Source of the DNA: Lachnospiraceae bacterium | GTDB taxonomy: Bacteria > Bacillota > Clostridia > Lachnospirales > Lachnospiraceae | Assembly (NCBI GenBank): GCA_022792335.1 | Contig: JAAWAV010000041.1 | Coordinates: 72,039 to 136,038, forward strand | Direction: 5' to 3' | Length of the DNA: 64,000 nt | Shown here: positions 10,309 to 19,186 of the stretch, in pieces | How positions within the stretch are numbered: the stretch's first letter is position 1 | Layout of the letters: the number at the start of each line of letters is the position of its first letter | Position numbers and translations under genes: made by a program | The notes under the pieces: model-generated | Told to the model about the DNA's origin: nothing | Databases searched by the model: none | The model's input: only the letters and a program-made list of their open reading frames with translations

Positions 10309-11355
10309 ATGTTAAGAGCAATGGATTCCGCAGTTGCAGGACTGCGGGCACATCAGAATAAACTGGACGTAATCGGTCATAACCTTGCAAACGTGAACAC
10401 GGCAGGCTATAAATCTCAGAGTTATCTTTTCAAAGAGGCTATGTATCAGACGTCCACCAACTCCACCAGTGGTTCCGGAAGTAGTGGCGGTTCTGGCGGT
10501 GTCAATGCCGCTCAGTACGGCTATGGTACTATGATGGGTTCTATCTGGGTGGATATGGCCGCTAGTACCCCCACTCAGATGGGTGGACTTACTGCTACGA
10601 TTGATGGCGAAGGCTTTTTTATGACGATGTCAACCGTTTCTAATGGGATAGCGGCGACAGGGGCTACGGCCAGCGATGCAATTAAAGGAGCAGATTTTCA
10701 GTATACACGAGTAGGTCAGTTTAAAATCGACAGCGACGGCTTTTTGGTAGATAGTAACAGCAATAACTATATTTATGGTTTTCAGCCCCAGTTAAATGCA
10801 AATGCCACGCCGCCGGTAACTTGTCTGAATGCTACAGAGTTTGATAAGAATCAGTTGCGTCCTATTCGTGTTTGTATGGAAGATGGAACGATCAATCTTA
10901 CTGCCGATGGGGATACGATTGCTTTGGCAAAAAGTGTGAAGATTGATAGCGAAGGGAAGATTATCGTTGGTATTGAAAAAGAGGAACAGATTCTGGATGC
11001 AAATGGTCAGCCGGCAGTTGATGCAAATGGCAATCCGATTATGAGAACCGTCATCAAAGAAGCAACGATTGGCCAGGTAGCGGTCGCTACATTCCAGAAC
11101 CAGGAAGGTCTTACCAAGGCTGGCGGCAGCTACTATACTTCTTCCAGAGGAGATAACTCCGGTATCTGTCAGGCGTCGGCGCCGGGAGCTGGAGGAGCGG
11201 CAGCGCTAATTACCGGATATGTGGAAGCTTCCAATGTGGATATGGCAAAGGAGTTTTCTGAGCTTATCACAACTCAGAGAGGATTCCAGGCCAATACGAA
11301 GATGATCACAGTCAGCGACCAGATTCTGGAAGAACTTGTAAATATGAAGCGTTAA
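10309..11355 (+). CDS. flgE: Hook protein FlgE
   Basis: DVIGHNLANVNTAGYK, YTRVGQF, EASNVDMAKEFSELITTQRGFQAN. Confidence 0.95.
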   Translation: MLRAMDSAVAGLRAHQNKLDVIGHNLANVNTAGYKSQSYLFKEAMYQTSTNSTSGSGSSGGSGGVNAAQYGYGTMMGSIWVDMAASTPTQMGGLTATIDGEGFFMTMSTVSNGIAATGATASDAIKGADFQYTRVGQFKIDSDGFLVDSNSNNYIYGFQPQLNANATPPVTCLNATEFDKNQLRPIRVCMEDGTINLTADGDTIALAKSVKIDSEGKIIVGIEKEEQILDANGQPAVDANGNPIMRTVIKEATIGQVAVATFQNQEGLTKAGGSYYTSSRGDNSGICQASAPGAGGAAALITGYVEASNVDMAKEFSELITTQRGFQANTKMITVSDQILEELVNMKR

Positions 11356-11368
11356 TCATTAATGTCAT

Positions 11369-11412
11369 GGCTTCCCCAGTCTGGGCAAAAATTGCTCTGA
11401 TATGGGGAAGCC
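11369..11412 (+). other. Stable hairpin 3' of flgE with no U-tract (stability or processing element)
   Basis: GGCTTCCCCA...TGGGGAAGCC 10-bp outer stem. Confidence 0.6.
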
Positions 11413-11439
11413 CTATGGACATTTCAGGGAGAAAGGTGT

Positions 11440-11661
11440 ATGATTAAAGTCATTGGGCTAGACGGTACGACCTGGTATTTGAATTATTTTCAGATTCTGT
11501 GTATCGAGCAGATTCCTGAGACGAAGATTCTCCTTAATAATAAGCAATACTACTTGGTGAAGGATTCAGTGGAATCGATTCAAAAACAGATTGTAGCGTT
11601 TTTACATAGTTGTGTGGTTCCGGAAGAGAGAGAACTTCTTCGGGAGCGGGAAATGATTTGA
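11440..11661 (+). CDS. flbD: FlbD/SwrD family protein
   Basis: MIKV..LDG...YLN...I..IEQIPETKI.L; between flgE and motA. Confidence 0.85.
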   Translation: MIKVIGLDGTTWYLNYFQILCIEQIPETKILLNNKQYYLVKDSVESIQKQIVAFLHSCVVPEERELLREREMI

Positions 11662-11690
11662 GGAGTAAAAGTACGGAGGTAGATTGAAAC

Positions 11691-12521
11691 ATGGATCCTT
11701 CATGGTTAATAGGACTTGTGCTGGCTGCTGTGCTGACCGTTATGGGTATTAGCGACCAGTTTACCAATATGGGGAAACTGGGGAACTTTGTTGATGTTCC
11801 CAGTATCGTAATCGTTATCGGCGGAACTTTTGCGGCTTTGATCGCCAGTTATCCGCTCTCAGCCCTGGCGGCGATTCCCAAGCATATCGGAATTTTGTTT
11901 AAAGGTGGAAAATATAATATCCCGAAGCTGGTAGATCAGCTGGTGGATATGGCTATGGTAGCCAGACAGAGCGGCCTGCTGGCATTGGAAGAAAAAGCGG
12001 AGGAGCTTAAGAATCCCTTTTTAAAGAGAAGCGTTCTTATGATCGTGGATGCCAGTGATCCGGATAAAGTCCGGGAGGCTTTGGAGAAGGAAATGGAGAC
12101 CATGATGCTCCGTCATGACCAGGCGGCTGGTTTTTATGAGAAGGGATCCAGTTATGCGCCGGCTTTTGGTATGATCGGTACCTTGATTGGTTTGATTAAT
12201 ATGTTAAAGGGTATGAATTTTGATGATGGCGGCGGCGCCGCTACTCTGGGCCAGGATATGTCCGTGGCTCTGATCACGACCTTTTACGGCAGCGCCCTTG
12301 CAAATGTGTTCTTCCAGCCCATTGCGAAGAAACTCAGAATCAGGCAGGATGAAGAAGAGCTTTACTGTACAACTATCGTTGAGGGAGTGTTGGCCATCAT
12401 GGCAGGCGAGAACCCTCAGGCTCTTAGAGAGAGGCTGTTGTCTGCACTGAAGCAGAGTTCCAGAAAGAAGCTTCTGGCGAAGGCGGGGAACGCTGCACCT
12501 TCTGAAGGAGGAAAGGAATGA
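11691..12521 (+). CDS. motA: Stator protein MotA
   Basis: ARQSGLLALE, APAFGMIGTLIGL, ALITTFYG, GENP. Confidence 0.96.
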   Translation: MDPSWLIGLVLAAVLTVMGISDQFTNMGKLGNFVDVPSIVIVIGGTFAALIASYPLSALAAIPKHIGILFKGGKYNIPKLVDQLVDMAMVARQSGLLALEEKAEELKNPFLKRSVLMIVDASDPDKVREALEKEMETMMLRHDQAAGFYEKGSSYAPAFGMIGTLIGLINMLKGMNFDDGGGAATLGQDMSVALITTFYGSALANVFFQPIAKKLRIRQDEEELYCTTIVEGVLAIMAGENPQALRERLLSALKQSSRKKLLAKAGNAAPSEGGKE

Positions 12522-13459
12522 AAAAACGGGGAGGCGGCGAGGACTGCGGCAGCTGGATGGACACCTATGGCGACATGGTAACGCTGCTGTTATGTTTTTT
12601 CGTCATGCTGTATTCGATGTCTACAATCGATCAGGATAAACTGAAAATTTTTATCCAAAGCATTTATCCTACGGCATCTGAGGAATCCATCGGAATCAAT
12701 CAGCCGGATGGCGAGGATGGCGTTAGCGGTGAGATTAAAATGGATCCGGAGGATATTACCCCGGAAGAACTAGAAGAGATTGAGGCTCTGGCTATTGAGC
12801 AGCTTTACGAGCAACTTGTGGAAGCGCTCAATGAGAAAGGGGTCGAGGGGGTAACCGTTTCCGGTGGGAATGGCTATACCTATGTTGCTTTCCAGGATAA
12901 AACCTTTTTTGATGGAAATAGTTCGCTGCTGACTGAGCAGGGACGGGAAGTCTTAGCGGTATTTTGTGATGTGATCAATCCCATGTCCGATCAGATCAGT
13001 CTGATCAATATCATGGCCCATACGGCACAGGAGAAGGCGGATGAGATAAACGTTCCCAAGGAGGACAGAAATCTTTCTGCTTTGCGTGCTGCCGAGGTTA
13101 CTACCTTTATTCAGGAACAGGGGGTTATCGAGCCGGAGAAGCTGGTGGGTCTCAGTTACGGGCAGTTCCGTCCAATAGCGCCCAATGATACTCCGGAGGG
13201 AAGGGCGAAGAATCGTCGTGTGGAGTTGCTCTTGATTAACGAAGGGGCTGATACAGGTTCTTTTAGCGATTATAACGACTATTACGAAGAGGTTTCAAGC
13301 GGCGCCAATGCAGACAGGACTTCGGTGACAACAGGGACTCCTGGAAGCTCAGAAACCCCTGCTCAGGACGGAGAGGGATTTGCACCCATAGAGGGGACTG
13401 CACCGCCGGAGAACGGCGCCAGTATGCAGGCTCCCATCTCGAATCCGGAAACAGAATGA
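12518..13459 (+). CDS. motB: Stator protein MotB
   Basis: WMDTYGDMVTLLLCFFVMLY TM motif; OmpA-like NRRVE. Confidence 0.96.
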   Translation: MKKRGGGEDCGSWMDTYGDMVTLLLCFFVMLYSMSTIDQDKLKIFIQSIYPTASEESIGINQPDGEDGVSGEIKMDPEDITPEELEEIEALAIEQLYEQLVEALNEKGVEGVTVSGGNGYTYVAFQDKTFFDGNSSLLTEQGREVLAVFCDVINPMSDQISLINIMAHTAQEKADEINVPKEDRNLSALRAAEVTTFIQEQGVIEPEKLVGLSYGQFRPIAPNDTPEGRAKNRRVELLLINEGADTGSFSDYNDYYEEVSSGANADRTSVTTGTPGSSETPAQDGEGFAPIEGTAPPENGASMQAPISNPETE

Positions 13460-13541
13460 ATGTCTTTTATGAGCTGGTAAGAGCAGTTTCCGGATAAGAG
13501 CCGGCAATTTGCGGTAGAATTAAGAAAAAGGTGGCGAAACA

Positions 13542-14627
13542 ATGGCAGATGTATTATCTCAGGATCAGATAGATGCGCTTCTCAAGTCTATGGCAGGAGG
13601 GGGCGGCGGTAGCGATGATAGCGCGCCGGCCGAAGAGACAAAGGTGGAAGAGAAGCCTGTGGCGGCAAAACCGACCGATGAGACAAAATACAATAAGTAT
13701 GATTTCTATAGCCCGAGGAAATTTACAAAAGAGCGGATGAAAATGCTTACCAGTTCTTTTGAAAATTATGCCAGGATTTTGACGTCTCAGGTGAACGGCA
13801 TCTTCCGCGCCATGACAGATATTACGGTATTGGACGTCCAGGAAAAGCGATATTATGAATATGTAAACAGTCTCCATGAGAATGATGATGTTACATTAAT
13901 TGACGTGGGGACGCCGGATGGTGTAAAAAATAATATCGCTATGTATATGTATGTGACTCCGGGGTTGATTCTGACGTTGATCAGCCATATGCTTGGAGGC
14001 GGAGATCGCGTGGTCCACGAAGAAAGCGATTATCGTTATTCTGATGTGGAACGGGCGCTCTATCAGCGGGTGGTAAAATATTTTATACAGGCGCTAAAGG
14101 ATGGATTTTCCAATTATATCAATCTGGATTTTGAATTGGCACGAGTGGAATCAAATCCCAGTATGTTGCAAGACGTGGGTCTTGATGAGGCTGTGGCGAT
14201 TATTCATCTGAATGTGGACGTGGCTGGTCTGGCCGTGGAGAAGATTCGGATTTGTATGCCGGGTACTCTGCTGGAGTTGATCTTCTATATGATCGACAGC
14301 AGGAAACATATTGCAAAGGGCTTCGCTTATCAGGATAACAAAGATATTATTCTGGAAAATATTCGTCATTCCCAGCTTCCTGTTACGGCGGAGCTGGCGA
14401 AGGTGCAGCTTAATCTGAATGATATTTACCGGTTGCAAGTGGGAGATATCATTGATCTGAATAAACCGGAAAATAGTAGTATCAGCCTCTATGTGGGACG
14501 TCAGCCTTGGTTTACCGGACGGATGGGCGTGTCCAAGAAAAATCTGGCTGTGCAGATTGAGGGACTGGTAGGACAATCTTCAGAAGAAGAGGCAGAAGAG
14601 GAGCTTTTGCAAGCCTTAGCAGAGTAA
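13542..14627 (+). CDS. fliM: Switch protein FliM
   Basis: N-terminal VLSQDQIDALL, YDF.SPRKF, GG loop, C-terminal SpoA domain. Confidence 0.95.
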   Translation: MADVLSQDQIDALLKSMAGGGGGSDDSAPAEETKVEEKPVAAKPTDETKYNKYDFYSPRKFTKERMKMLTSSFENYARILTSQVNGIFRAMTDITVLDVQEKRYYEYVNSLHENDDVTLIDVGTPDGVKNNIAMYMYVTPGLILTLISHMLGGGDRVVHEESDYRYSDVERALYQRVVKYFIQALKDGFSNYINLDFELARVESNPSMLQDVGLDEAVAIIHLNVDVAGLAVEKIRICMPGTLLELIFYMIDSRKHIAKGFAYQDNKDIILENIRHSQLPVTAELAKVQLNLNDIYRLQVGDIIDLNKPENSSISLYVGRQPWFTGRMGVSKKNLAVQIEGLVGQSSEEEAEEELLQALAE

Positions 14628-14683
14628 ACGGATGCAATTAAATTTACATATATTCAAAAAACGAAGAAAAGGTGGAAACAAAT

Positions 14684-15046
14684 ATGGCAAAGATAATGGT
14701 AGTAGACGATGCGGCCTTTATGCGGATGATGATTAAGAATACTTTGACAAAGAATGGCTTCACAGATTTTGTGGAAGCTCAGGATGGCGCGGAGGCCGTG
14801 GAAAAATACGATGCGGAGAAGCCGGATATGGTATTTATGGATATTACAATGCCGAATATGGACGGTCTCCAGGCTCTTAAAAAAATCAAAGAAGGCAATC
14901 CGGATGCCAGAATCGTGATGTGTACCGCTATGGGACAGCAGAGCATGGTTGTGGAAGCCATCAAATACGGCGCGAAGGATTTCATTGTGAAACCTTTCAA
15001 TGCAGAACGTATTGTAGAAGCTGTCAATCAGATTTTAGGAAAATAG
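14684..15046 (+). CDS. cheY: Chemotaxis response regulator CheY
   Basis: VVDDAAFMRMM, DITMP.MDG, DFIVKPF (Firmicute CheY type). Confidence 0.95.
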   Translation: MAKIMVVDDAAFMRMMIKNTLTKNGFTDFVEAQDGAEAVEKYDAEKPDMVFMDITMPNMDGLQALKKIKEGNPDARIVMCTAMGQQSMVVEAIKYGAKDFIVKPFNAERIVEAVNQILGK

Positions 15047-15064
15047 AGACAGGAGGGATCGTCA

Positions 15065-15514
15065 GTGGCTTTTTTAAGCTCATTTGATATCTGCGCTTCC
15101 GGCATGAGTGCTCAAAGGGTGCGTATGGACGTGGCGGCAGAAAATATTGCGAATATGAATGCGACCCGTACTGAGTCAGGCGGGACTTACCGCAGGAAAG
15201 AGGTCGTACTGGAAAGCTATGGAGGCAGTTCCTTTCAGTCTATTCTCCGTGAGGTTTCAAAAGGAGAAGGATATGTGAGCAGCAAGACGGGAGTTCGGGT
15301 TGCTGAGATCATTGAGGACGATACGGAACTCACCAAGGTCTATAATCCGGGACATCCGGACGCAGACGAAAATGGATATGTAAACCTGCCCAATGTGGAT
15401 GCGCTTAAGGAGACTGTTGACAGTATGTCGGCGACCCGCTCCTATGAAGCCAATGTAACGGCGCTGAATGCAATCAAGCTGATGGCCCAGAAAGCTTTGG
15501 AGATAGGAAAGTAA
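15065..15514 (+). CDS. flgC: Basal-body rod protein FlgC (displaced from flgB)
   Basis: ASGMSAQRVRMDV.AENIAN, YNPGHPDADENGYV.LPNV, RSYEANV. Confidence 0.96.
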   Translation: MAFLSSFDICASGMSAQRVRMDVAAENIANMNATRTESGGTYRRKEVVLESYGGSSFQSILREVSKGEGYVSSKTGVRVAEIIEDDTELTKVYNPGHPDADENGYVNLPNVDALKETVDSMSATRSYEANVTALNAIKLMAQKALEIGK

Positions 15515-15546
15515 GTTTGAAACTATACAACAAAGGAGATTAAAAA

Positions 15547-17010
15547 ATGGGCGCTAACAGCTTTAACGCAATGGAATTGGACGCCATAGGCGAGATTATG
15601 AACATCAGCCTTGGCGCTTCGGCCACGGCGGTTTCAACCCTGCTGGGCATAAAGGTAAATATTACCACGCCGGTGGCTCAGGTACTCTCCAGTGACGAGT
15701 TTTCATTTAAGCGAATGGAACCGGCCGTAGGAGTAAATATCTCCTATGTCAAGGGGCTGGAGGGAAATAATGTTATGATCTTCCGCCGCAATGACGTGCG
15801 TGTCATTGTGGGTATTTTAATGGGAGCAGAGATACCGGAAGATGAATTCGTCATGGACGATGAGATAAACGTAAGCGCGGTCTGTGAGGTTATGAACCAG
15901 ATGATGGGATCTTCGGCGACGGCTCTTTCTGAGTTTCTGGGATATCCGGTGGATATTTCAACTCCGAAGTCCTTTGAGATCAGGGATGATATATCTTTTA
16001 AAGAACGGTATTTTCCTTCAGGCACGACACAGGTTCTGGTACGCTTTACACTGGAGATTGGAGACGTTTTAAAGAGTGAGTTCATGAACATCATGAGCAT
16101 TGAGCTGATCAAGCGTCTGCTGGCTCCCTTTGCGGATACTCTTCAGTCGGCGGATGAAGATGCGATTCAGCCTGCCGTGGAGCCGGAAAGCTCTTTGATT
16201 CAGACCAATCTTGCTGCTGAGGGAACGCTTCAGGCAGAATCCAAGGCTCCGGACGCTGCCTTGACTCAGGAAGAGATTCAGGCGATGTTGTCAGGAAGTC
16301 AGGCGGAAGAGCCGGCAGTACCTGCGACAGGCGGGGGAGACGCGATGCTTTCTCAGGAGGAAATCCAGGCGATGTTATCAGGTAGTCAGGCGGAAGAGCC
16401 GGCAGCACCTGCGACAGGCGGGGGAGATGCGATGCTTTCTCAGGAAGAGATTCAGGCGATGTTGTCAGGTGGTCAGGCAGAAGCGGCTTCCGCGCCTGTG
16501 CAGCCTCCTGTAGCACCGATGCCCATGCAGCAACCGGTTTATCAACAGCCTCCGACAGCGATGGATCCGATGATGATGCAGCTTATGACTCAGATGCAGC
16601 AGTCTCAGATGCAGATGATGGAAATGATGAATCAGATGCAGAAAGAACGCACGGAGAAGCCGGCTCAGGCAGAGGCTCCAAGACCCAATACGGTGGTTCA
16701 TCCAGTCAATTCTCCCAAGTTTGCCGACGATACTGGAGACGGTGTGGAAGAGGCGGCAAATAAAGAGCTTTTGATGAAAGTTCCTTTAGAGATATCTGTG
16801 GAGATTGGACGTACCAGAAAACTGGTGAAGGATATTTTGGAATTTACTCAAGGTTCTCTGGTTGTACTTGATAAAATGGCCGGAGAGAGGGCAGATGTAT
16901 TTGTCAACGGAGAATGTATTGCCAGAGGCGATATCGTAGTGGTGGAGGATAACTTCGGTATCCGTATCACAGAGATTGTCAGCCGGAATGTAAACCCGGA
17001 GGGCGTATGA
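15547..17010 (+). CDS. fliY: Switch phosphatase FliY (CheC-like domain plus FliN domain)
   Basis: Two ExxN motifs (GEIMN, CEVMN); C-terminal VPLEISVEIGRT...NFGIRITEI. Confidence 0.93.
   Translation: MGANSFNAMELDAIGEIMNISLGASATAVSTLLGIKVNITTPVAQVLSSDEFSFKRMEPAVGVNISYVKGLEGNNVMIFRRNDVRVIVGILMGAEIPEDEFVMDDEINVSAVCEVMNQMMGSSATALSEFLGYPVDISTPKSFEIRDDISFKERYFPSGTTQVLVRFTLEIGDVLKSEFMNIMSIELIKRLLAPFADTLQSADEDAIQPAVEPESSLIQTNLAAEGTLQAESKAPDAALTQEEIQAMLSGSQAEEPAVPATGGGDAMLSQEEIQAMLSGSQAEEPAAPATGGGDAMLSQEEIQAMLSGGQAEAASAPVQPPVAPMPMQQPVYQQPPTAMDPMMMQLMTQMQQSQMQMMEMMNQMQKERTEKPAQAEAPRPNTVVHPVNSPKFADDTGDGVEEAANKELLMKVPLEISVEIGRTRKLVKDILEFTQGSLVVLDKMAGERADVFVNGECIARGDIVVVEDNFGIRITEIVSRNVNPEGV
16258..16483 (+). 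repeat. About 2.6 tandem copies of an 87-bp (29 aa) unit inside fliY
   Basis: Units start at 16258, 16345, 16432; consensus MLSQEEIQAMLSGSQAEEPAAPATGGGDA. Confidence 0.95.
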
Positions 17011-17426
17011 TGAAACCAATGGTATTGCTGGCGGCAGTGGGGGGGGATTTGCTGTCCCTGGTTAGCGCATTTTTGATGTTTATCTGCGTCCTTGCGCTGG
17101 CATACTGGTTCAGCCGTTTTCTGGGAAAACGGTTCAAGTTTGCAAATTCGTCCGGAAATCGTCATATGAAGGTGATTGAACAGCTCAATTTCCGAAGCAG
17201 CGCCTTTGGAAAAGGGACGGGCGAACAACTTATTTTGCTTAAGATTAAAGAGGAAACTTATCTGATCGGTGTAAGCGCTGCAGGGTTTCAGCTTTTGGAG
17301 CATTTAGAGGGAGAGTTCACGGAGGTTCCTCCTGCTGAAACGCCGGCCGTGCCGCCGGCTTTTGGGGATGTATTCCGAAAATATACAAATTCATGGAGAA
17401 AGGAGAAAGGGAAAAAAGATGAGTGA
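17007..17426 (+). CDS. fliO: FliO/FliZ
   Basis: Single TM then MKVIEQ...LIL.KI....YLIGVS; precedes fliP. Confidence 0.85.
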   Translation: MMKPMVLLAAVGGDLLSLVSAFLMFICVLALAYWFSRFLGKRFKFANSSGNRHMKVIEQLNFRSSAFGKGTGEQLILLKIKEETYLIGVSAAGFQLLEHLEGEFTEVPPAETPAVPPAFGDVFRKYTNSWRKEKGKKDE

Positions 17427-18075
17427 GCTTTTAGGCGGCTTGAACGGCGGAAATGTGCCGGTGCTGGATGTGATTCTTCTGCTTACCCTGGTTGCCCTTC
17501 TGCCTTCTCTGATAATCATGATGACTTCGTTTGTGAGAACGATTGTCATTCTATCCTTTACCAGAAATGCCATGGGTGTGCAACAGAACCCACCCAGTAT
17601 GGTTCTGGTGGGAATTTCTCTTTTTCTGACTCTCTATATTATGAGACCTGTGCTCAGCCAAATTAATACGGAAGCGTACCAACCCTATACGAGAGGAGAA
17701 ATTTCACAGCAGGAAATGCTGGATCGGATGGAGCCTCCCATCAAGGAATTTATGCTTCGGAATACTTATTCAGATACGCTGGATTTGTTTGTGGACTTGT
17801 CCGGGGTGGAAGAAGAAGAGGACATCCGGGATTACCCTTTGACGGTGATTACGCCGGCATTTATGACTAGCGAGTTAAAAAGAGGTTTTACGGCTGGATT
17901 TTTGATTTATCTTCCATTTCTTATGATAGATATTGTAGTGGCGACCACTCTGATGTCCATGGGTATGATGATGTTGCCGCCAACGATGATTTCCATGCCT
18001 TTTAAGCTTTTATTGTTCGTATCGGTGGACGGTTGGCAGCTTCTTTTTGCCAATATAATCGGTAGTTTTGAATGA
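17419..18075 (+). CDS. fliP: Export gate FliP
   Basis: MMTSF.R, PAFMTSELK, MGMMMLPP, DGW. Confidence 0.97.
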   Translation: MSELLGGLNGGNVPVLDVILLLTLVALLPSLIIMMTSFVRTIVILSFTRNAMGVQQNPPSMVLVGISLFLTLYIMRPVLSQINTEAYQPYTRGEISQQEMLDRMEPPIKEFMLRNTYSDTLDLFVDLSGVEEEEDIRDYPLTVITPAFMTSELKRGFTAGFLIYLPFLMIDIVVATTLMSMGMMMLPPTMISMPFKLLLFVSVDGWQLLFANIIGSFE

Positions 18076-18125
18076 CCTTATGGTGAGAGATGAAGGAGTA
18101 GCCGGAAACAGAAAGGAGGGAGACC

Positions 18126-18389
18126 ATGACTGAAGTAGAGGTGCTTGACATTATGTATCGGATGTTTCAGACAGTGCTTAAACTGGCGCTTCCTCTTTTG
18201 CTAGTGAGTATGCTGATTGGAATCCTCATCGCTATTTTCCAGGCGGCGACACAGATCAATGAGCAGACCATGACTTTTGTTCCAAAGCTTCTGGCGATTA
18301 TTGCAATGCTGGGGCTTTTGGGAAGCAGTATGTTAAAGTCATTGCAGGACTTTTTGCAGATGGTGATCGGCCTGATTGCCGGAGGTTAA
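18126..18389 (+). CDS. fliQ: Export gate FliQ
   Basis: FQAATQINEQTMTFVPK. Confidence 0.97.
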   Translation: MTEVEVLDIMYRMFQTVLKLALPLLLVSMLIGILIAIFQAATQINEQTMTFVPKLLAIIAMLGLLGSSMLKSLQDFLQMVIGLIAGG

Positions 18390-18395
18390 CCGGAA

Positions 18396-19148
18396 ATGCT
18401 GATTTTATTTTCTCTGATTTCAATGCGTATGAGCGGGATGGTTCTCTTTAATCCTATTCTCGGGAGTAATACGATTCCTGGCAGGGTAAAGGCAGCTCTG
18501 ATTATGACCTTTTCGATGATGCTTTATATGTGGACCGGAGGGACTTTGCAGCATGAGCCGGGTTCTCTTTTTGAGTATGGAATTATGCTGGGGACGGAGC
18601 TTCTCATGGGATTTGTTCTGGGATTTGCAGTTACTCTGGCCGTATTTGCAATTCGCTATGCCGCCGCTATCATCGACTTTACCATGGGTCTCAGTATGGC
18701 TCAGGTATACGATCCGGAAACAAAGAATCAGATTACAGTCAGTTCGGAAATGCTTTATGTGTTTCTGATGCTTTTGTTTTTTGCGGTAAACGGACATTTG
18801 CGTCTGGTATCTATTTTTTTCGGATCGGCAAGTATCGTTCCTTTTGGGCAGGCTACTTTCGGGCTCCCTGTTTATACGGCGATCCTTGACATTTTTAGGC
18901 AATCCATTACCCTGGGAGTTCAGCTTGCTTTTCCGATTATTGCGATGGAGTTAGTTACAGAGGCGGCAGTGGGAATTATGATGCGTATGATTCCTCAGAT
19001 CAACGTATTTTCTATTAATTTTCAGATTAAGATTATTGTGGGGATGTTGATGCTTTTATTCCTTTTCAGCCCCATTGCAGATAAAATGAGCGAGCTGCTC
19101 AGAGGAATGCTTGAAAACCTGGGAGTGTTGCTCAGACTTATGGGATAA
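18396..19148 (+). CDS. fliR: Export gate FliR
   Basis: Hydrophobic; MGLSMAQVYDP, RMIPQINVF. Confidence 0.95.
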   Translation: MLILFSLISMRMSGMVLFNPILGSNTIPGRVKAALIMTFSMMLYMWTGGTLQHEPGSLFEYGIMLGTELLMGFVLGFAVTLAVFAIRYAAAIIDFTMGLSMAQVYDPETKNQITVSSEMLYVFLMLLFFAVNGHLRLVSIFFGSASIVPFGQATFGLPVYTAILDIFRQSITLGVQLAFPIIAMELVTEAAVGIMMRMIPQINVFSINFQIKIIVGMLMLLFLFSPIADKMSELLRGMLENLGVLLRLMG

Positions 19149-19186
19149 AGCTGCAGACGTCAAAGCGGGAAAGGATGTGGTGAGCG

